DNA of 64,000 nt. Origin: a virus. Location: positions 25,486-89,485 of IMG/VR virus record IMGVR_UViG_3300022699_000224; one strand, written 5' to 3'. The notes below the pieces were generated by a model, which had not been told where the DNA came from, made no database searches, and saw only the letters and a program-made list of their open reading frames with translations. Position 1 is the first letter of the stretch; the number at the start of each line of letters is the position of its first letter. The translations under genes were made by a program, and so were the position numbers. Below, in pieces: positions 49,809 to 60,021 of this stretch.

Positions 49809-50159
49809 TTAATATTGTTTTAAATAATTAACTTCTATTTCATCATTTGTAATACTATTTATAGGTAATTTGAACTTATTATTACTAATAACCGTAATAT
49901 TTTTTTCTTTAATACCATTAAAAAATACTTGCAAAGTATCTTCCTGAAAATCATATTCAGTTTGAAAGGTTTTTGAATCTAATTTAGAAGGTATCTCATT
50001 ATATATTATTAAATTTGTTATTAAACCTAATAAATATTCTCTACCGCCAAAAAAATCTACTGTCTTTAAATTAGTATTAAAAATTTCTTTTTCTACACAT
50101 TCTACATCAAATGATTCATATTCTACTATTTTAACTTTTAATTCTTCAGTAAGAGCCAT
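49809..50159 (-). CDS. virion protein sharing the VF.NG domain with 48631..49392
   Basis: TLQVFFNG...DEIEVNY. Confidence 0.55.
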   Translation of the reverse strand: MALTEELKVKIVEYESFDVECVEKEIFNTNLKTVDFFGGREYLLGLITNLIIYNEIPSKLDSKTFQTEYDFQEDTLQVFFNGIKEKNITVISNNKFKLPINSITNDEIEVNYLKQY

Positions 50160-50168
50160 CTTTTCTCC

Positions 50169-50513
50169 TTAATCCCTACTATCTAGGGTAACATCTCGTA
50201 TTTTTAGTTTACCACTAAATAATACATCTGTATTTCCTTCATCGTCTTTATAATCCATACTATAATAATATTGACCAGGAGTTAAGTTAGTATCAGATGC
50301 TGTTAACTGAATTAATGTTTTGCCATTTGTAGGGTCAGAATGATTAGTAACTTTTTTATTAATTTTAGCTTGAGCGTCTGAATCGCTGAAGTTCTTTTTT
50401 ACTACAAAATAAATAGTCCAATCTGTTATATTCTTAGCTACTCCATTCTTAGTAAATATCAGTTCATAAGCCTTTGTGCAATTTTTATTAAGTGCTAAAT
50501 CCTTATGTTCCAT
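50169..50513 (-). CDS. BppU N-terminal-like virion protein
   Basis: NITDWTIYF.VK...G...IQLTASDT....G.YYY...LFSG pattern. Confidence 0.6.
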   Translation of the reverse strand: MEHKDLALNKNCTKAYELIFTKNGVAKNITDWTIYFVVKKNFSDSDAQAKINKKVTNHSDPTNGKTLIQLTASDTNLTPGQYYYSMDYKDDEGNTDVLFSGKLKIRDVTLDSRD

Positions 50514-50524
50514 ATTTTCCTCTC

Positions 50525-51088
50525 TTACTTATCAAAGTCTATTATGTCTGTTACTCCTAATCCTATTTGATAACGAGTAATTAATTTTTCTATACGTTCT
50601 TCCTTTGACAATTTATTATTATAAACTACTCTAATATTAGGTAATACATATTGATTGTAATCTGGTTTTATTAAAATTCCGCTTATAAGTGCAATTAAAT
50701 CTAAGGTTTTATTATCAGGAGTAGGATATATATCATTGTCTTCTATTTCGTAGTCTGTATCTTCATGCGCAAATATACTTATCCAAACTAAACTATGAGT
50801 AATATAATCTTCTAATTCTGTATCTGAATATTCAGTAGCTTTGAAATAAACTATTATTTCATCCCCATTATTTAGTGAGACTGTAATTTCAATTTGTTTA
50901 TTAACACTATCATAAGTATATTCTCCACTGCCTAATTCAGTTCCATTCTTAGTTATTTTGGTAACTTCAGTAATATTAGATTCAGATATATCAAATATTT
51001 TAGAGTTAGTATAAGTAAAATTCTCATAATCTGTTTTAGCACTATCTTGAACTATAGCTCTAACTTTATTCTTTAGAGTTGTTAGCAT
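50525..51088 (-). CDS. head-tail adaptor-like protein with inserted small beta domain
   Basis: Follows the capsid gene; KVRAIVQD...YSDTELEDYI. Confidence 0.55.
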   Translation of the reverse strand: MLTTLKNKVRAIVQDSAKTDYENFTYTNSKIFDISESNITEVTKITKNGTELGSGEYTYDSVNKQIEITVSLNNGDEIIVYFKATEYSDTELEDYITHSLVWISIFAHEDTDYEIEDNDIYPTPDNKTLDLIALISGILIKPDYNQYVLPNIRVVYNNKLSKEERIEKLITRYQIGLGVTDIIDFDK

Positions 51089-51548
51089 TATCGTTCCCCT
51101 GTTTTTTTAATTCTCTATTTCTTTTATTTCTCCGATATAATATTTCTTTACCTCTAGACTTAAAAAATCTAAATCCGTTTTTTAATAATACATCTTTAAG
51201 AGGATTATTTTTTTTAATTTTACAATATAATTCAGTATCTATAATATTCCAATTTATTATTTTTAATAATTTATTTGCACCTTTATTATTTTCTGATAAT
51301 ATTTTAACATATTTTCTATTAGCATTATCAGACCATCCAGTAACAAAAGCTACTCCTTCCTCTTTTCCAAAAAATAATTTATCTCCTAGTCTAGAATATT
51401 TAAATAATAAGTGAGAATTATCTCTTAGAAATAGACGTATATTATCTCTAGTTATATAGAAATCAGAATAAACATCTACTATATCAGTTAATATTTCTAT
51501 TAACAGCTTTCTATCTTTTTTTGATAATTGAGTTTTATATATAATCAT
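51066..51548 (-). CDS. hypothetical protein, weak GNAT-like C-terminus
   Basis: LYCKIKKNNPLKDVLLKNGFRF resembles the GNAT N..A..L.K.GF motif. Confidence 0.4.
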   Translation of the reverse strand: MIIYKTQLSKKDRKLLIEILTDIVDVYSDFYITRDNIRLFLRDNSHLLFKYSRLGDKLFFGKEEGVAFVTGWSDNANRKYVKILSENNKGANKLLKIINWNIIDTELYCKIKKNNPLKDVLLKNGFRFFKSRGKEILYRRNKRNRELKKQGNDNANNSKE

Positions 51549-51565
51549 GTTAAAATTTAAGTTAT

Positions 51566-51589
51566 GGTAGGGGGTATATACCCCCTACC
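51566..51589 (-). terminator. perfect 24-bp palindrome after the capsid gene
   Basis: GGTAGGGGGTATATACCCCCTACC. Confidence 0.65.
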
Positions 51590-51606
51590 TTTAATATCAT
51601 CGATTA

Positions 51607-52581
51607 TTAAAGAATCGAACTAAGGTCAGCCGATTTAACGATTGCCTTTGGATTCTTAATAACTTCAACTATAGATTCGTAACCGTATACACCATAAGCT
51701 AATGTATTCGGGTTAGTTCCGCCTATATTCACAGGGAAAGGATTTACGAACAAAGCTCTTTGAGCCTCGTCCACTTTTGCACCCATCATATTGGCTATAT
51801 CCGTAGAAATTCTCCTTCTCACAAAGTGAATAGGTTTTCCTTCGGTTAACTGCGAATTACGAGCAACCAATATACATTTATTTTTATCAAGCAGTTTGAC
51901 TGTTGATTGGGAAGCAATAGTTCCTTTCTTAACTTGACCAATAACTTTGATAGGTGTTATGTCTAATGCTTTCAACTTATCTGGCAAATTCACATTATAA
52001 TTATGAGAACTTGCATTTTCCTTATCATAAACATCAATAGCATTTTTAACATTAGAACCGCATAATAACACAAAATTATCTCCATAATCTTCTGCTGTTT
52101 GTTTCATCTCAACGATAATATCATATAAATCTTCACCAGAATCTACAGCTATTTCAGATATATCGCCAGAATCTAATATCGCTTTAAGAATACGATATAT
52201 TTCTAACTTATCCATGCTTCTAGTAATAGCTTCTTTCTTCCTAGCTAAAGCTCCTAAATCAGGATTACCCTGACCAGATGCACCGCTAAGAATTTCATCC
52301 ACTAATACATAACGTAATCTTGAATTTAAACCCTGAAACGTCAACAGAGTATCGGTTTTAGGGTCTACCTTTAAAGCATTTACACGACCATCAGCTTCAA
52401 CCTGCAAAACCTCGTCAACTTCATCATCATATTGTGAAAGGTTATAAACCTTCTCACCTGGATTAGCAGTATCAATATCAGCAATCTCATTAAGTGCCAC
52501 AGACACAGGGAAATTGATGTCTATAGGTTCGCCTATAGTTTTAGCAATCTTTAGATTTAAACCACTAAATTTGTCATTCAT
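51607..52581 (-). CDS. major capsid protein
   Basis: 324 aa; follows the protease/scaffold; higher GC and expression-type codon usage; C-terminal GVYGYE...NPKA; downstream hairpin. Confidence 0.75.
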   Translation of the reverse strand: MNDKFSGLNLKIAKTIGEPIDINFPVSVALNEIADIDTANPGEKVYNLSQYDDEVDEVLQVEADGRVNALKVDPKTDTLLTFQGLNSRLRYVLVDEILSGASGQGNPDLGALARKKEAITRSMDKLEIYRILKAILDSGDISEIAVDSGEDLYDIIVEMKQTAEDYGDNFVLLCGSNVKNAIDVYDKENASSHNYNVNLPDKLKALDITPIKVIGQVKKGTIASQSTVKLLDKNKCILVARNSQLTEGKPIHFVRRRISTDIANMMGAKVDEAQRALFVNPFPVNIGGTNPNTLAYGVYGYESIVEVIKNPKAIVKSADLSSIL

Positions 52582-52685
52582 TATAAAAATACCTCTTTTT
52601 ACTTTTTTTAATTTTTTATTATCTTTAAATACTTATCTTTTTATATTAAAGGATTCTTACTTATCTTTTCAGATACCTTTTATTC

Positions 52686-55064
52686 CTATTTTTTATTTCT
52701 ACCAAATGCAATATCATCTACTTCTTTTCTGATATCTTTCCAATATGTTTCATCTTGGACTTTCTTACCAACTGATAGAGATGATTTTTTTATTTCACTA
52801 TTCTCTTTATTAGCTTTTGCTTTAGCAAATATTTTGTCAACTAATATTTCTTCATCCGAAATATCATTACCATAATCACCTATAATTTTTCTTCTTTTAT
52901 TTATCTCTTCAGCGTTTTCTTTATAAAAAGTTATTTTTTCTTCCGCTTTATTTTTAATATCTTCTATATGTTTCTTAGCTTCTATTAATTGTTTAGCTAC
53001 TTTTCTAATACCAGTAGTTAACAAATTTTCTTTATCATTAAATTCTTGTTTGGCGGTTTTTAAATTTTTCTTAACATCATAACCACGTTTTACTGCTTTA
53101 CGTATGACTTTTCTATATTCTTCTTTTGCAGTATTTAACTCATCTATTTTAGCTATTTTAATATCTTTTATTTTCTTATTAACTTTTTTTAATGCTTCTC
53201 TAACTAACCTAGTTCTAGGATATTTATCATTTTCAGAAGATTTTTTTACTTTCTTTTTAGAATCTGTCTTATTAGATTTATCTTTTTTACTTTCTACAGT
53301 TTTTAATTTATCTCTAAACTTTTCTAATGTAATCTTAGCTCTCTTTCTCAATTCTGTAGCAGTAATAGAATCTGTTATAGGTTTAATTTGATTAACTCTA
53401 GCAAAAGCATTACGAAGATGAGGTAAATCTACTTTACCCTCTTTATTTTTAAATGGTAAATGTCTAGCTCGCTTATCTTCAGTTTTACCTGACTTATATG
53501 CAGGTTCAATTACTGCAAACGCACTATCAGGTAAATCATTAATATATTTAGTTGTCCATTCTGCACTTTTCTTAGGATTCTTCTCATCTTGCTTTTTAGA
53601 CTTTTTAGAAGATTTTAATTTTTTTTCTTCAGAATTCACTTTATTCCCTCCTTCTTCGCTAGATTTATTTAATTCCTTTTCTTTATTGGAATCTATCTCT
53701 GTAATTGTTTCTAAAACTTTATATTGTTTTTTCTTATTTATATCATAAGAAAAATTTAAGCCACATCTAGGACATGTCAAATTTCTATTTGTTAATTTAG
53801 ATGTTCCAGATATAGGGATTATTTTTCCGCATTGATAACAAGTTACATTAGAAATATACATAAATGATAATTTTTGTGCTATCTCATTAGTAGCAGTTGG
53901 TATTTTAAAACTTGCAGTATATTCCTTAGCACAACTTTGACATTTTAATTTTATTTCCTTGTCATTTCTAGATAAAATTAACCAATTACTCACTCTACAA
54001 GAAGGACATGAAATTTTAAAATCTTTAATTTGAGGAGGATATTTCATATCTCCTGTTTGTCCATTTAAAATTGCAAAACATTTTGGACATTTTATAGTTC
54101 CTTGAGTATATTCTCCTACTTGATGTAAACTTATTTCTTCATTACAATTAGAACAAACTATTTTATGAGTTTGTTGTTCTGGTTTGTCTTTAATATTATC
54201 AATCTTATTATCTTCTTTATTTACAGGATTTTTATTTTTAGTTAATTCTGACTTTTCTACTTCTACTGGTTTCTTTGTATCTTCTTTTTTAACTTCAAGG
54301 TTAGATTTTTCCTTATTTTTTTCTTTATTTTTCTCTACAGATACAGGTTTTTCTTTCTGTTTATTCTCTTCCTGAAGTTTGTTATAATTTTTTTCTACCT
54401 CTTCTTTAAAATAATCAGCTTTAATAAGTTTATCGTTTTTATATTTAGATGCAAAAACTAATCCTTTAGGTTTTTTTGTAGAATTTTGTTTAGCTAACTT
54501 CAAAACTTCTGCATCTTTAAATGCAGGTTTCTCTCTAAATAATAAAGCACCGCCTGCAAGTTCCATTTCTAACAATTCATAAGTTCCATCTGATAATTTT
54601 TTATATTTATCTTCAGGACACCATATTTCATAAGAAGTAGTTAATTTGCCTTTTTTAAACAGTTTTTTAGCTTCTTCCCATTCCTTATCAAAATTACTCT
54701 TATAAAATACTCCATAAGCTACTACCATATCTTCTTTCTCTAAATAACGATAATCAATATAATGACCAATAACTTTATTTCTATCATGGTCTATATCTAC
54801 AGGTTTACCTATTAAAGTTGGTAATGCTTTTAATAATTTCTTTTTAGGTAATCTATCTTTATTTCTATTAGCTTTATTAGCAAAAGTATATATGGTTTTA
54901 AAACCTGCTAAATCTTTAGAATCTTTTAACATGTAACCTCTTGCTTTTGCTATTTTAAATATTTCATCACTTTCTTTACTTTGTTCTAAAATTACCGTTT
55001 TAGAATTTTTTAAATAATCGTTAAGAAAACTCTTAACTAATACATTAGTCATTATATCATTCAT
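52686..55064 (-). CDS. prohead protease-scaffold fusion with three zinc ribbons
   Basis: ANRNKD, GKPVDIDH, TSYEIW and G.ALL...PAF protease motifs; CxxC pairs; LPDSAFA...RHLP...HLRNA.AR domain; C-terminal coiled coil. Confidence 0.78.
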   Translation of the reverse strand: MNDIMTNVLVKSFLNDYLKNSKTVILEQSKESDEIFKIAKARGYMLKDSKDLAGFKTIYTFANKANRNKDRLPKKKLLKALPTLIGKPVDIDHDRNKVIGHYIDYRYLEKEDMVVAYGVFYKSNFDKEWEEAKKLFKKGKLTTSYEIWCPEDKYKKLSDGTYELLEMELAGGALLFREKPAFKDAEVLKLAKQNSTKKPKGLVFASKYKNDKLIKADYFKEEVEKNYNKLQEENKQKEKPVSVEKNKEKNKEKSNLEVKKEDTKKPVEVEKSELTKNKNPVNKEDNKIDNIKDKPEQQTHKIVCSNCNEEISLHQVGEYTQGTIKCPKCFAILNGQTGDMKYPPQIKDFKISCPSCRVSNWLILSRNDKEIKLKCQSCAKEYTASFKIPTATNEIAQKLSFMYISNVTCYQCGKIIPISGTSKLTNRNLTCPRCGLNFSYDINKKKQYKVLETITEIDSNKEKELNKSSEEGGNKVNSEEKKLKSSKKSKKQDEKNPKKSAEWTTKYINDLPDSAFAVIEPAYKSGKTEDKRARHLPFKNKEGKVDLPHLRNAFARVNQIKPITDSITATELRKRAKITLEKFRDKLKTVESKKDKSNKTDSKKKVKKSSENDKYPRTRLVREALKKVNKKIKDIKIAKIDELNTAKEEYRKVIRKAVKRGYDVKKNLKTAKQEFNDKENLLTTGIRKVAKQLIEAKKHIEDIKNKAEEKITFYKENAEEINKRRKIIGDYGNDISDEEILVDKIFAKAKANKENSEIKKSSLSVGKKVQDETYWKDIRKEVDDIAFGRNKK

Positions 55065-55084
55065 TAATTTTTCCTCCTAATTCT

Positions 55085-56209
55085 TTAATGTAAATCATGA
55101 ATATTTCCGCTATTATCTTTATATACTAGTTTACTATTATCAGTAGAATAAAAAATACTATTATTCGGAGCTGATACATTATCGCTAGATTTAGGTATTA
55201 TATAATTATTATTATCTATATTATTACTGATTAAATTTAAAACATCTTTAACTGTATCACCTGTAATAGATGAATCATTTTTAATCTGACTAGCAGGTCT
55301 ATATATATTAGGAGCATTACCTGTCAAAGTTCCTGTGATTTCCGAGCTGACTAAAGTTAGTGTTCCATTATTAATATAATTACCTCTTAATGAACTATTA
55401 TAACAAGTAAAAGTTACATCTGATGGAATAGTTACAGTAATAGAATCTGAAGAAAATCTAACACCGTCTCTTACCTGGATATTACCTTTTCCTCCATTCA
55501 AAAGATTAAAAGAAGTATCGCCTACTTTTACGCAACTACTTAATAATAAATAAGTTCCTGTTGAAGAATTCCAATTATTAGGTTTATTTGCATTTTCATC
55601 TGATTCTAAATTTATTTCTCCGACGGTGCAACCATCTCCAATACCGCACATAGCTACATTGTTTATATTTAAAGTGCTACTAGAAAGTAATGCACTATCA
55701 TTAAATTCCATGTAATTTATATTTTCTAAAGTAATCGTAGTATTCCAAATTACACCGTTACTAAATACTAATTCGCCTATTGTAGTGCTATCTGTAGCAC
55801 CTATAATTTCTATCGGTTTTCCAATAGTTATGTGTGCAATTTCTAAAAAAACTATATTGTTATTATCTTTAGTTGATTGAATAGAATTACCAGAAGAAGG
55901 TTCTATTTTTGTAACCTGCCTACCTCTTCCGTTAATTTGAATATTTTTTAATTTAGTATTTTCTAATACCACATTTTCTTCATAAACACCTGCACCTAAT
56001 TCAATACAATAAGGAACATTAGACTCATTATCTCCGTTATCTATAATAGTATTTATAGCTTTCATAATAGTAGCAAAAGGTGCAGAAATACTGCCATCAT
56101 TATTATCACTACCTATAGTTTTATCTACATATAAAGTTTTACCTGCTTCTACCTTAACTACTCTCTGTAAGTTTGATGTAAAAGGATTTATTATATTTGT
56201 ATATTTCAT
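55085..56209 (-). CDS. virion protein with beta-helix (DUF1565-like N-terminal motif)
   Basis: YVD...GSD.NDGS...PFATI.KA...G.Y.E. Confidence 0.7.
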   Translation of the reverse strand: MKYTNIINPFTSNLQRVVKVEAGKTLYVDKTIGSDNNDGSISAPFATIMKAINTIIDNGDNESNVPYCIELGAGVYEENVVLENTKLKNIQINGRGRQVTKIEPSSGNSIQSTKDNNNIVFLEIAHITIGKPIEIIGATDSTTIGELVFSNGVIWNTTITLENINYMEFNDSALLSSSTLNINNVAMCGIGDGCTVGEINLESDENANKPNNWNSSTGTYLLLSSCVKVGDTSFNLLNGGKGNIQVRDGVRFSSDSITVTIPSDVTFTCYNSSLRGNYINNGTLTLVSSEITGTLTGNAPNIYRPASQIKNDSSITGDTVKDVLNLISNNIDNNNYIIPKSSDNVSAPNNSIFYSTDNSKLVYKDNSGNIHDLH

Positions 56210-56212
56210 AAT

Positions 56213-56464
56213 TTACTCCAATTTATCATAGTCTTTATAATCTAAAGTTGCTCTATTAGTATAAGCATTTGATAAATTATATTTTCCATCTGCATATTGA
56301 TAATAATCTAAAGAAGATGATTCTTGTTCTCTCATTACTATTACTCTGCCTTTTGGATGAACCAAAAAATAGTAGGTATAATTGAGGTCGTCCTTAGCTA
56401 CTGCATGTATAATATATTCTGATAAAGGACTATCTGCAAATTTAGTTGTTGCCATTTTTATCAC
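56213..56464 (-). CDS. hypothetical protein
   Basis: Coupled to the portal gene; AGGTG RBS. Confidence 0.55.
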   Translation of the reverse strand: MIKMATTKFADSPLSEYIIHAVAKDDLNYTYYFLVHPKGRVIVMREQESSSLDYYQYADGKYNLSNAYTNRATLDYKDYDKLE

Positions 56465-58328
56465 CTTTTTTGTAATTATTTTTTATAATTCTATTTATCT
56501 TATTATCTCCTAACTTAGCTCTGCTTGATTTTTTTACCCATATTCCATTTTTATTTTTCTTTGCAATCTTTTTAATAGCAGACCAAGCTACTTGAAATGC
56601 TTTTTCTTCTGAATTGTATTGTTTATACGCTTTATTAAATACAGTTATAAAAGTTTGCTGTAAACTTTCAGACATATTTTCTTTTATATTTTTAGGTAAT
56701 TGATTAATATTATTATAAGGAGCTTTTATTAACTTTTTACCTTTTACATTAGGAGGTAAATTAAGTCTACCTTTTCCAGGTCTATTAATTCGTCTCATTT
56801 CTCCCTTACACTTCGGACATTTAAAATCTTTACAATGCTTATTAGAACTAACTTTATGTCCACATTTTATACACTCACATTTTATAACTTTAGATTGACT
56901 TTCTATATCATATTCCTGTTTTTCTATTTCATCTTTTTTATCATCTGAAATATCTTCTTCATCAGTATCTTGTTTAGTTTTAGGTAAATCATTAATAGTA
57001 TTTTCTTGATTTCTAGTTACAACAGGATATAATTTCTTTTCTATTCCTCTTTTAGTTTCTTTCTCTCTTCTCATAACTTCTGTCTCAAAATCAACTTCAG
57101 CTATAAGCTCTACTGCAGTCTGCGAAGATACTCTACCTCTATCATATAATTGTCTTATATGGTCTTTAAATTCAGCAGTCATGAAAGAATTAATAGGAGA
57201 ATTAGTAATATGAAAATCTGCGTTCATATATTTTCTATGTTCTTTATTTTTATCTTTGATAAGTAATACCAAATGTTTAATAACTTGTTTAAAATTACTG
57301 ACTGCTTTTTTTGTGGTAGTAATAAATGCTTTAGGATTTAAAATAGATTCTCGTCTAGAAGAAGAAACCGCTTCTGCTATATCTATAAACCCTAAACCTG
57401 ATAAAATATTTTTTTCTGCTACTGTAAATAATTGAGGATTAAAAATAGAGGATAAATCAGGGATTAAATGTTTAATTTGTTCATCAAAATTAGTAGCTCT
57501 TACAGGAGTTTTAGTATTTCCTTCTCCTACTGTTTGAGTATTAACTTTTTTCATTAATGCTTTAAATTCCTCTATAATTTCTGTTAATTCTTCATTACTA
57601 TAACTTTTAATTTGTTGCGAAGCTAATTCAGGACTTCCTTTAAGAATTAACAGCATATAAGGTATAATTTGGTCTAATACTTTAGTCTCATTATTTTTAA
57701 TAGATTGAATTATTTTCCAGTTATGATAAATGCCTCTCCTAATTAGATAAGGTTTTGGATATTTATCATACCATCTACCTGAAGTAGGTGCAAATATACA
57801 ATTATTTCTTAATTTATTCTTTTCATTGTTAATATCGTTAAGATAATATTCATAACTCTCTAAAGTTAAATCAGAACTTTTATCTATATCTTTAGCATAA
57901 ATACTACCTCCATCTACAAAAAACATTTTAGTAGGTAATATTATATTATTTTTCTCTGTCCACTCTGCTATTTTTAATACTGGAAATGAACCGTTTTTAA
58001 ATAATTCTTTATAGTATTCTTCTGCTAATGGATTAATACCGACTGGAATTTTTCCATTATAACCTATATTAATATTATCTAACCATTCTCTTAGTATTAC
58101 ATTTAAATCCTCATTACTAGTTTCAATATTAAAATCTACAGAAGCAGAATCAACTGCAAAGTCAGTTAAAGAATCTACTAAACCTGATACATCATCTTCT
58201 AGCATACTATTAATAGCATTTACTTGGTCGTGATATTCACTAGGAACTACTACCTTAGATAACATCATAGATAATATATAATTCAGAAAAATATTATTTT
58301 CATTATTTGGCATCTTTTTTCTCCTCAT
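56442..58328 (-). CDS. portal protein with C-terminal zinc ribbon and ChaB domain
   Basis: Follows TerL; YP.PYL and LYDRG.VS; CIKC...CPKC; ChaB pattern PY....LP..IK......QQTF..VFN.AY......AF.VAWSAIK......W. Confidence 0.75.
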   Translation of the reverse strand: MRRKKMPNNENNIFLNYILSMMLSKVVVPSEYHDQVNAINSMLEDDVSGLVDSLTDFAVDSASVDFNIETSNEDLNVILREWLDNINIGYNGKIPVGINPLAEEYYKELFKNGSFPVLKIAEWTEKNNIILPTKMFFVDGGSIYAKDIDKSSDLTLESYEYYLNDINNEKNKLRNNCIFAPTSGRWYDKYPKPYLIRRGIYHNWKIIQSIKNNETKVLDQIIPYMLLILKGSPELASQQIKSYSNEELTEIIEEFKALMKKVNTQTVGEGNTKTPVRATNFDEQIKHLIPDLSSIFNPQLFTVAEKNILSGLGFIDIAEAVSSSRRESILNPKAFITTTKKAVSNFKQVIKHLVLLIKDKNKEHRKYMNADFHITNSPINSFMTAEFKDHIRQLYDRGRVSSQTAVELIAEVDFETEVMRREKETKRGIEKKLYPVVTRNQENTINDLPKTKQDTDEEDISDDKKDEIEKQEYDIESQSKVIKCECIKCGHKVSSNKHCKDFKCPKCKGEMRRINRPGKGRLNLPPNVKGKKLIKAPYNNINQLPKNIKENMSESLQQTFITVFNKAYKQYNSEEKAFQVAWSAIKKIAKKNKNGIWVKKSSRAKLGDNKINRIIKNNYKKGDKNGNN

Positions 58329-58329
58329 T

Positions 58330-59964
58330 TTACCAAGACGAACTACCAGTTCCCCAATCAGAACTCATAGGTTTTGTCTTGTTAAAGTCCTTACATAACC
58401 ACTGTGCTATAGCAAAAACTAACCAAGCTGAAAATAAATGGTCTCCTGTTTCACTAACACATTCATACACTACTCTACTTCCTGATTTCGTGGAAATCAA
58501 GGATGCTAATTGTTGTTCTAATTTATAATCTATAGGTAAATTTAATCGTTGTTCATATAATAAATGTTTTAAACGTCTAACCGCCCATTCTTTAACTCTT
58601 TCTTCTCTATATATAGGTTTACCACCTTTTATTATAATTTTACCTTCAGGAGTTTTTTCAAAACCTACTTTTACTTTACCTGTTCCTGCATATCTAACTA
58701 CATTATCTTTAGAGTAAATTTCTTCTAAATCGTCTGCTAAATTTCTACCCATAGCATCACCGCAATCTAAAGCTATAATATTAGCTTGTAATTGTGTAAT
58801 AAGCCATTTAAATATTTCTAATTGTTCTTTACGTATTAAATTATATAATGTTATATTATATAGGTATTTATATGTATTTCCTATTTCTGCTAATATTATA
58901 ATATCAGTTCCTGCCGATTCTCCTATATCTGCACAAATCAAAATTCTATCTGCATTATTAGGTCTTTCTACTACAATTAAATTAGAAAAATGTTTAAAAT
59001 CTTTTTTCTTTATCTCAAATCGCTTTATTTTTTTCTTTTTTAGCCAACATCCTTTAACTCTATCCATATCAATTTCGGAAATACCATCTTCGATGATTTC
59101 TCCTTTAACAAAAACTCTATAATTTAAACTTTCTCTACCTCCAAATTTCTTAACTCTATTTTCTTCTTCTTTTTCATCCCAATGAGGGTTTACGTATTGA
59201 GGATAATTAATTATATGTTTTTGATTTTCTGGAGCATAAAAATCTTTTCCTGCTGGAGAATGCCTAGTAAAATTCGTCATTCCAGAAAAACGTAAAATTG
59301 AACCTACTTCCGCTAATGCATCATGTCGCTTTTTAGCTACTTCTTCAGTTTCAAAAGACCTTTCTTCCATCCATAATTTTTTAACGTGTTTACCATAAAA
59401 TTGATGTCCTGGATTTTTGGACTTCAAATTCATATTCACGCCTTCTAATTTCCAACCATTTTTAGTATAAAATTCGAAATTAGGAGCGCTTCTCATATGA
59501 GAAGTTTTCCATAATTTCAATATCGGATGATATTCTATAGCTCTTTTAACAGGTTCTAATACTCCTCTTAAATGAATACTATCAAGAGAAGCACACGCTG
59601 TAGGATAATTATCATCATGTAGCATAGATAAAGGTATATCTAATTTTTCTGTGCATAAAGTTTTACCGTATTTCCTTGAACCATAATTATACAAATCAGC
59701 TACATTTTTTCTTAATTGAAATTTCTTTTTTTCTTTTTTTTCTTGAGAAAGACCATGATAATGATAGTTAGCTGTAGTATCAAAATCTATTAATGCTTCT
59801 TGCGAAATCATAGGAAATTGATATAATCTTAGTTTTCCAAATTTTTCTTTACTAAAGGCTGACAAATTATCAAAATTAGAAAATAAAGACTCTACTAAAC
59901 ATCTTGGCGTATGCCAACATTCCATAAAGTCTAATTCTTCGTCAGTAATTTTTTGTGTAAGCAT
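58330..59964 (-). CDS. terL: terminase large subunit
   Basis: LRLYQ adenine-binding motif, Walker A GSRKYGKT, Walker B LWMEE, coupling motif SG, RNase H-like ICADIG, D..D and DH...A. Confidence 0.85.
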   Translation of the reverse strand: MLTQKITDEELDFMECWHTPRCLVESLFSNFDNLSAFSKEKFGKLRLYQFPMISQEALIDFDTTANYHYHGLSQEKKEKKKFQLRKNVADLYNYGSRKYGKTLCTEKLDIPLSMLHDDNYPTACASLDSIHLRGVLEPVKRAIEYHPILKLWKTSHMRSAPNFEFYTKNGWKLEGVNMNLKSKNPGHQFYGKHVKKLWMEERSFETEEVAKKRHDALAEVGSILRFSGMTNFTRHSPAGKDFYAPENQKHIINYPQYVNPHWDEKEEENRVKKFGGRESLNYRVFVKGEIIEDGISEIDMDRVKGCWLKKKKIKRFEIKKKDFKHFSNLIVVERPNNADRILICADIGESAGTDIIILAEIGNTYKYLYNITLYNLIRKEQLEIFKWLITQLQANIIALDCGDAMGRNLADDLEEIYSKDNVVRYAGTGKVKVGFEKTPEGKIIIKGGKPIYREERVKEWAVRRLKHLLYEQRLNLPIDYKLEQQLASLISTKSGSRVVYECVSETGDHLFSAWLVFAIAQWLCKDFNKTKPMSSDWGTGSSSW

Positions 59965-60021
59965 ATATAATTTACTATTTTTTGGAAAAACATGATATGA
60001 ACTATCAGGAAGGAACTAAAA

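Noticed and set aside
2292-58528. Antisense ORFs in the track (e.g. 2292-, 4031-, 4486-, 17039-, 22963-, 24529-, 30473+, 37195+, 38575+, 41496+, 51079+, 53104+, 58307+)
   Set aside because: They are shadows of well-supported genes on the opposite strand, with no RBS and with composition typical of reverse-complemented coding DNA.
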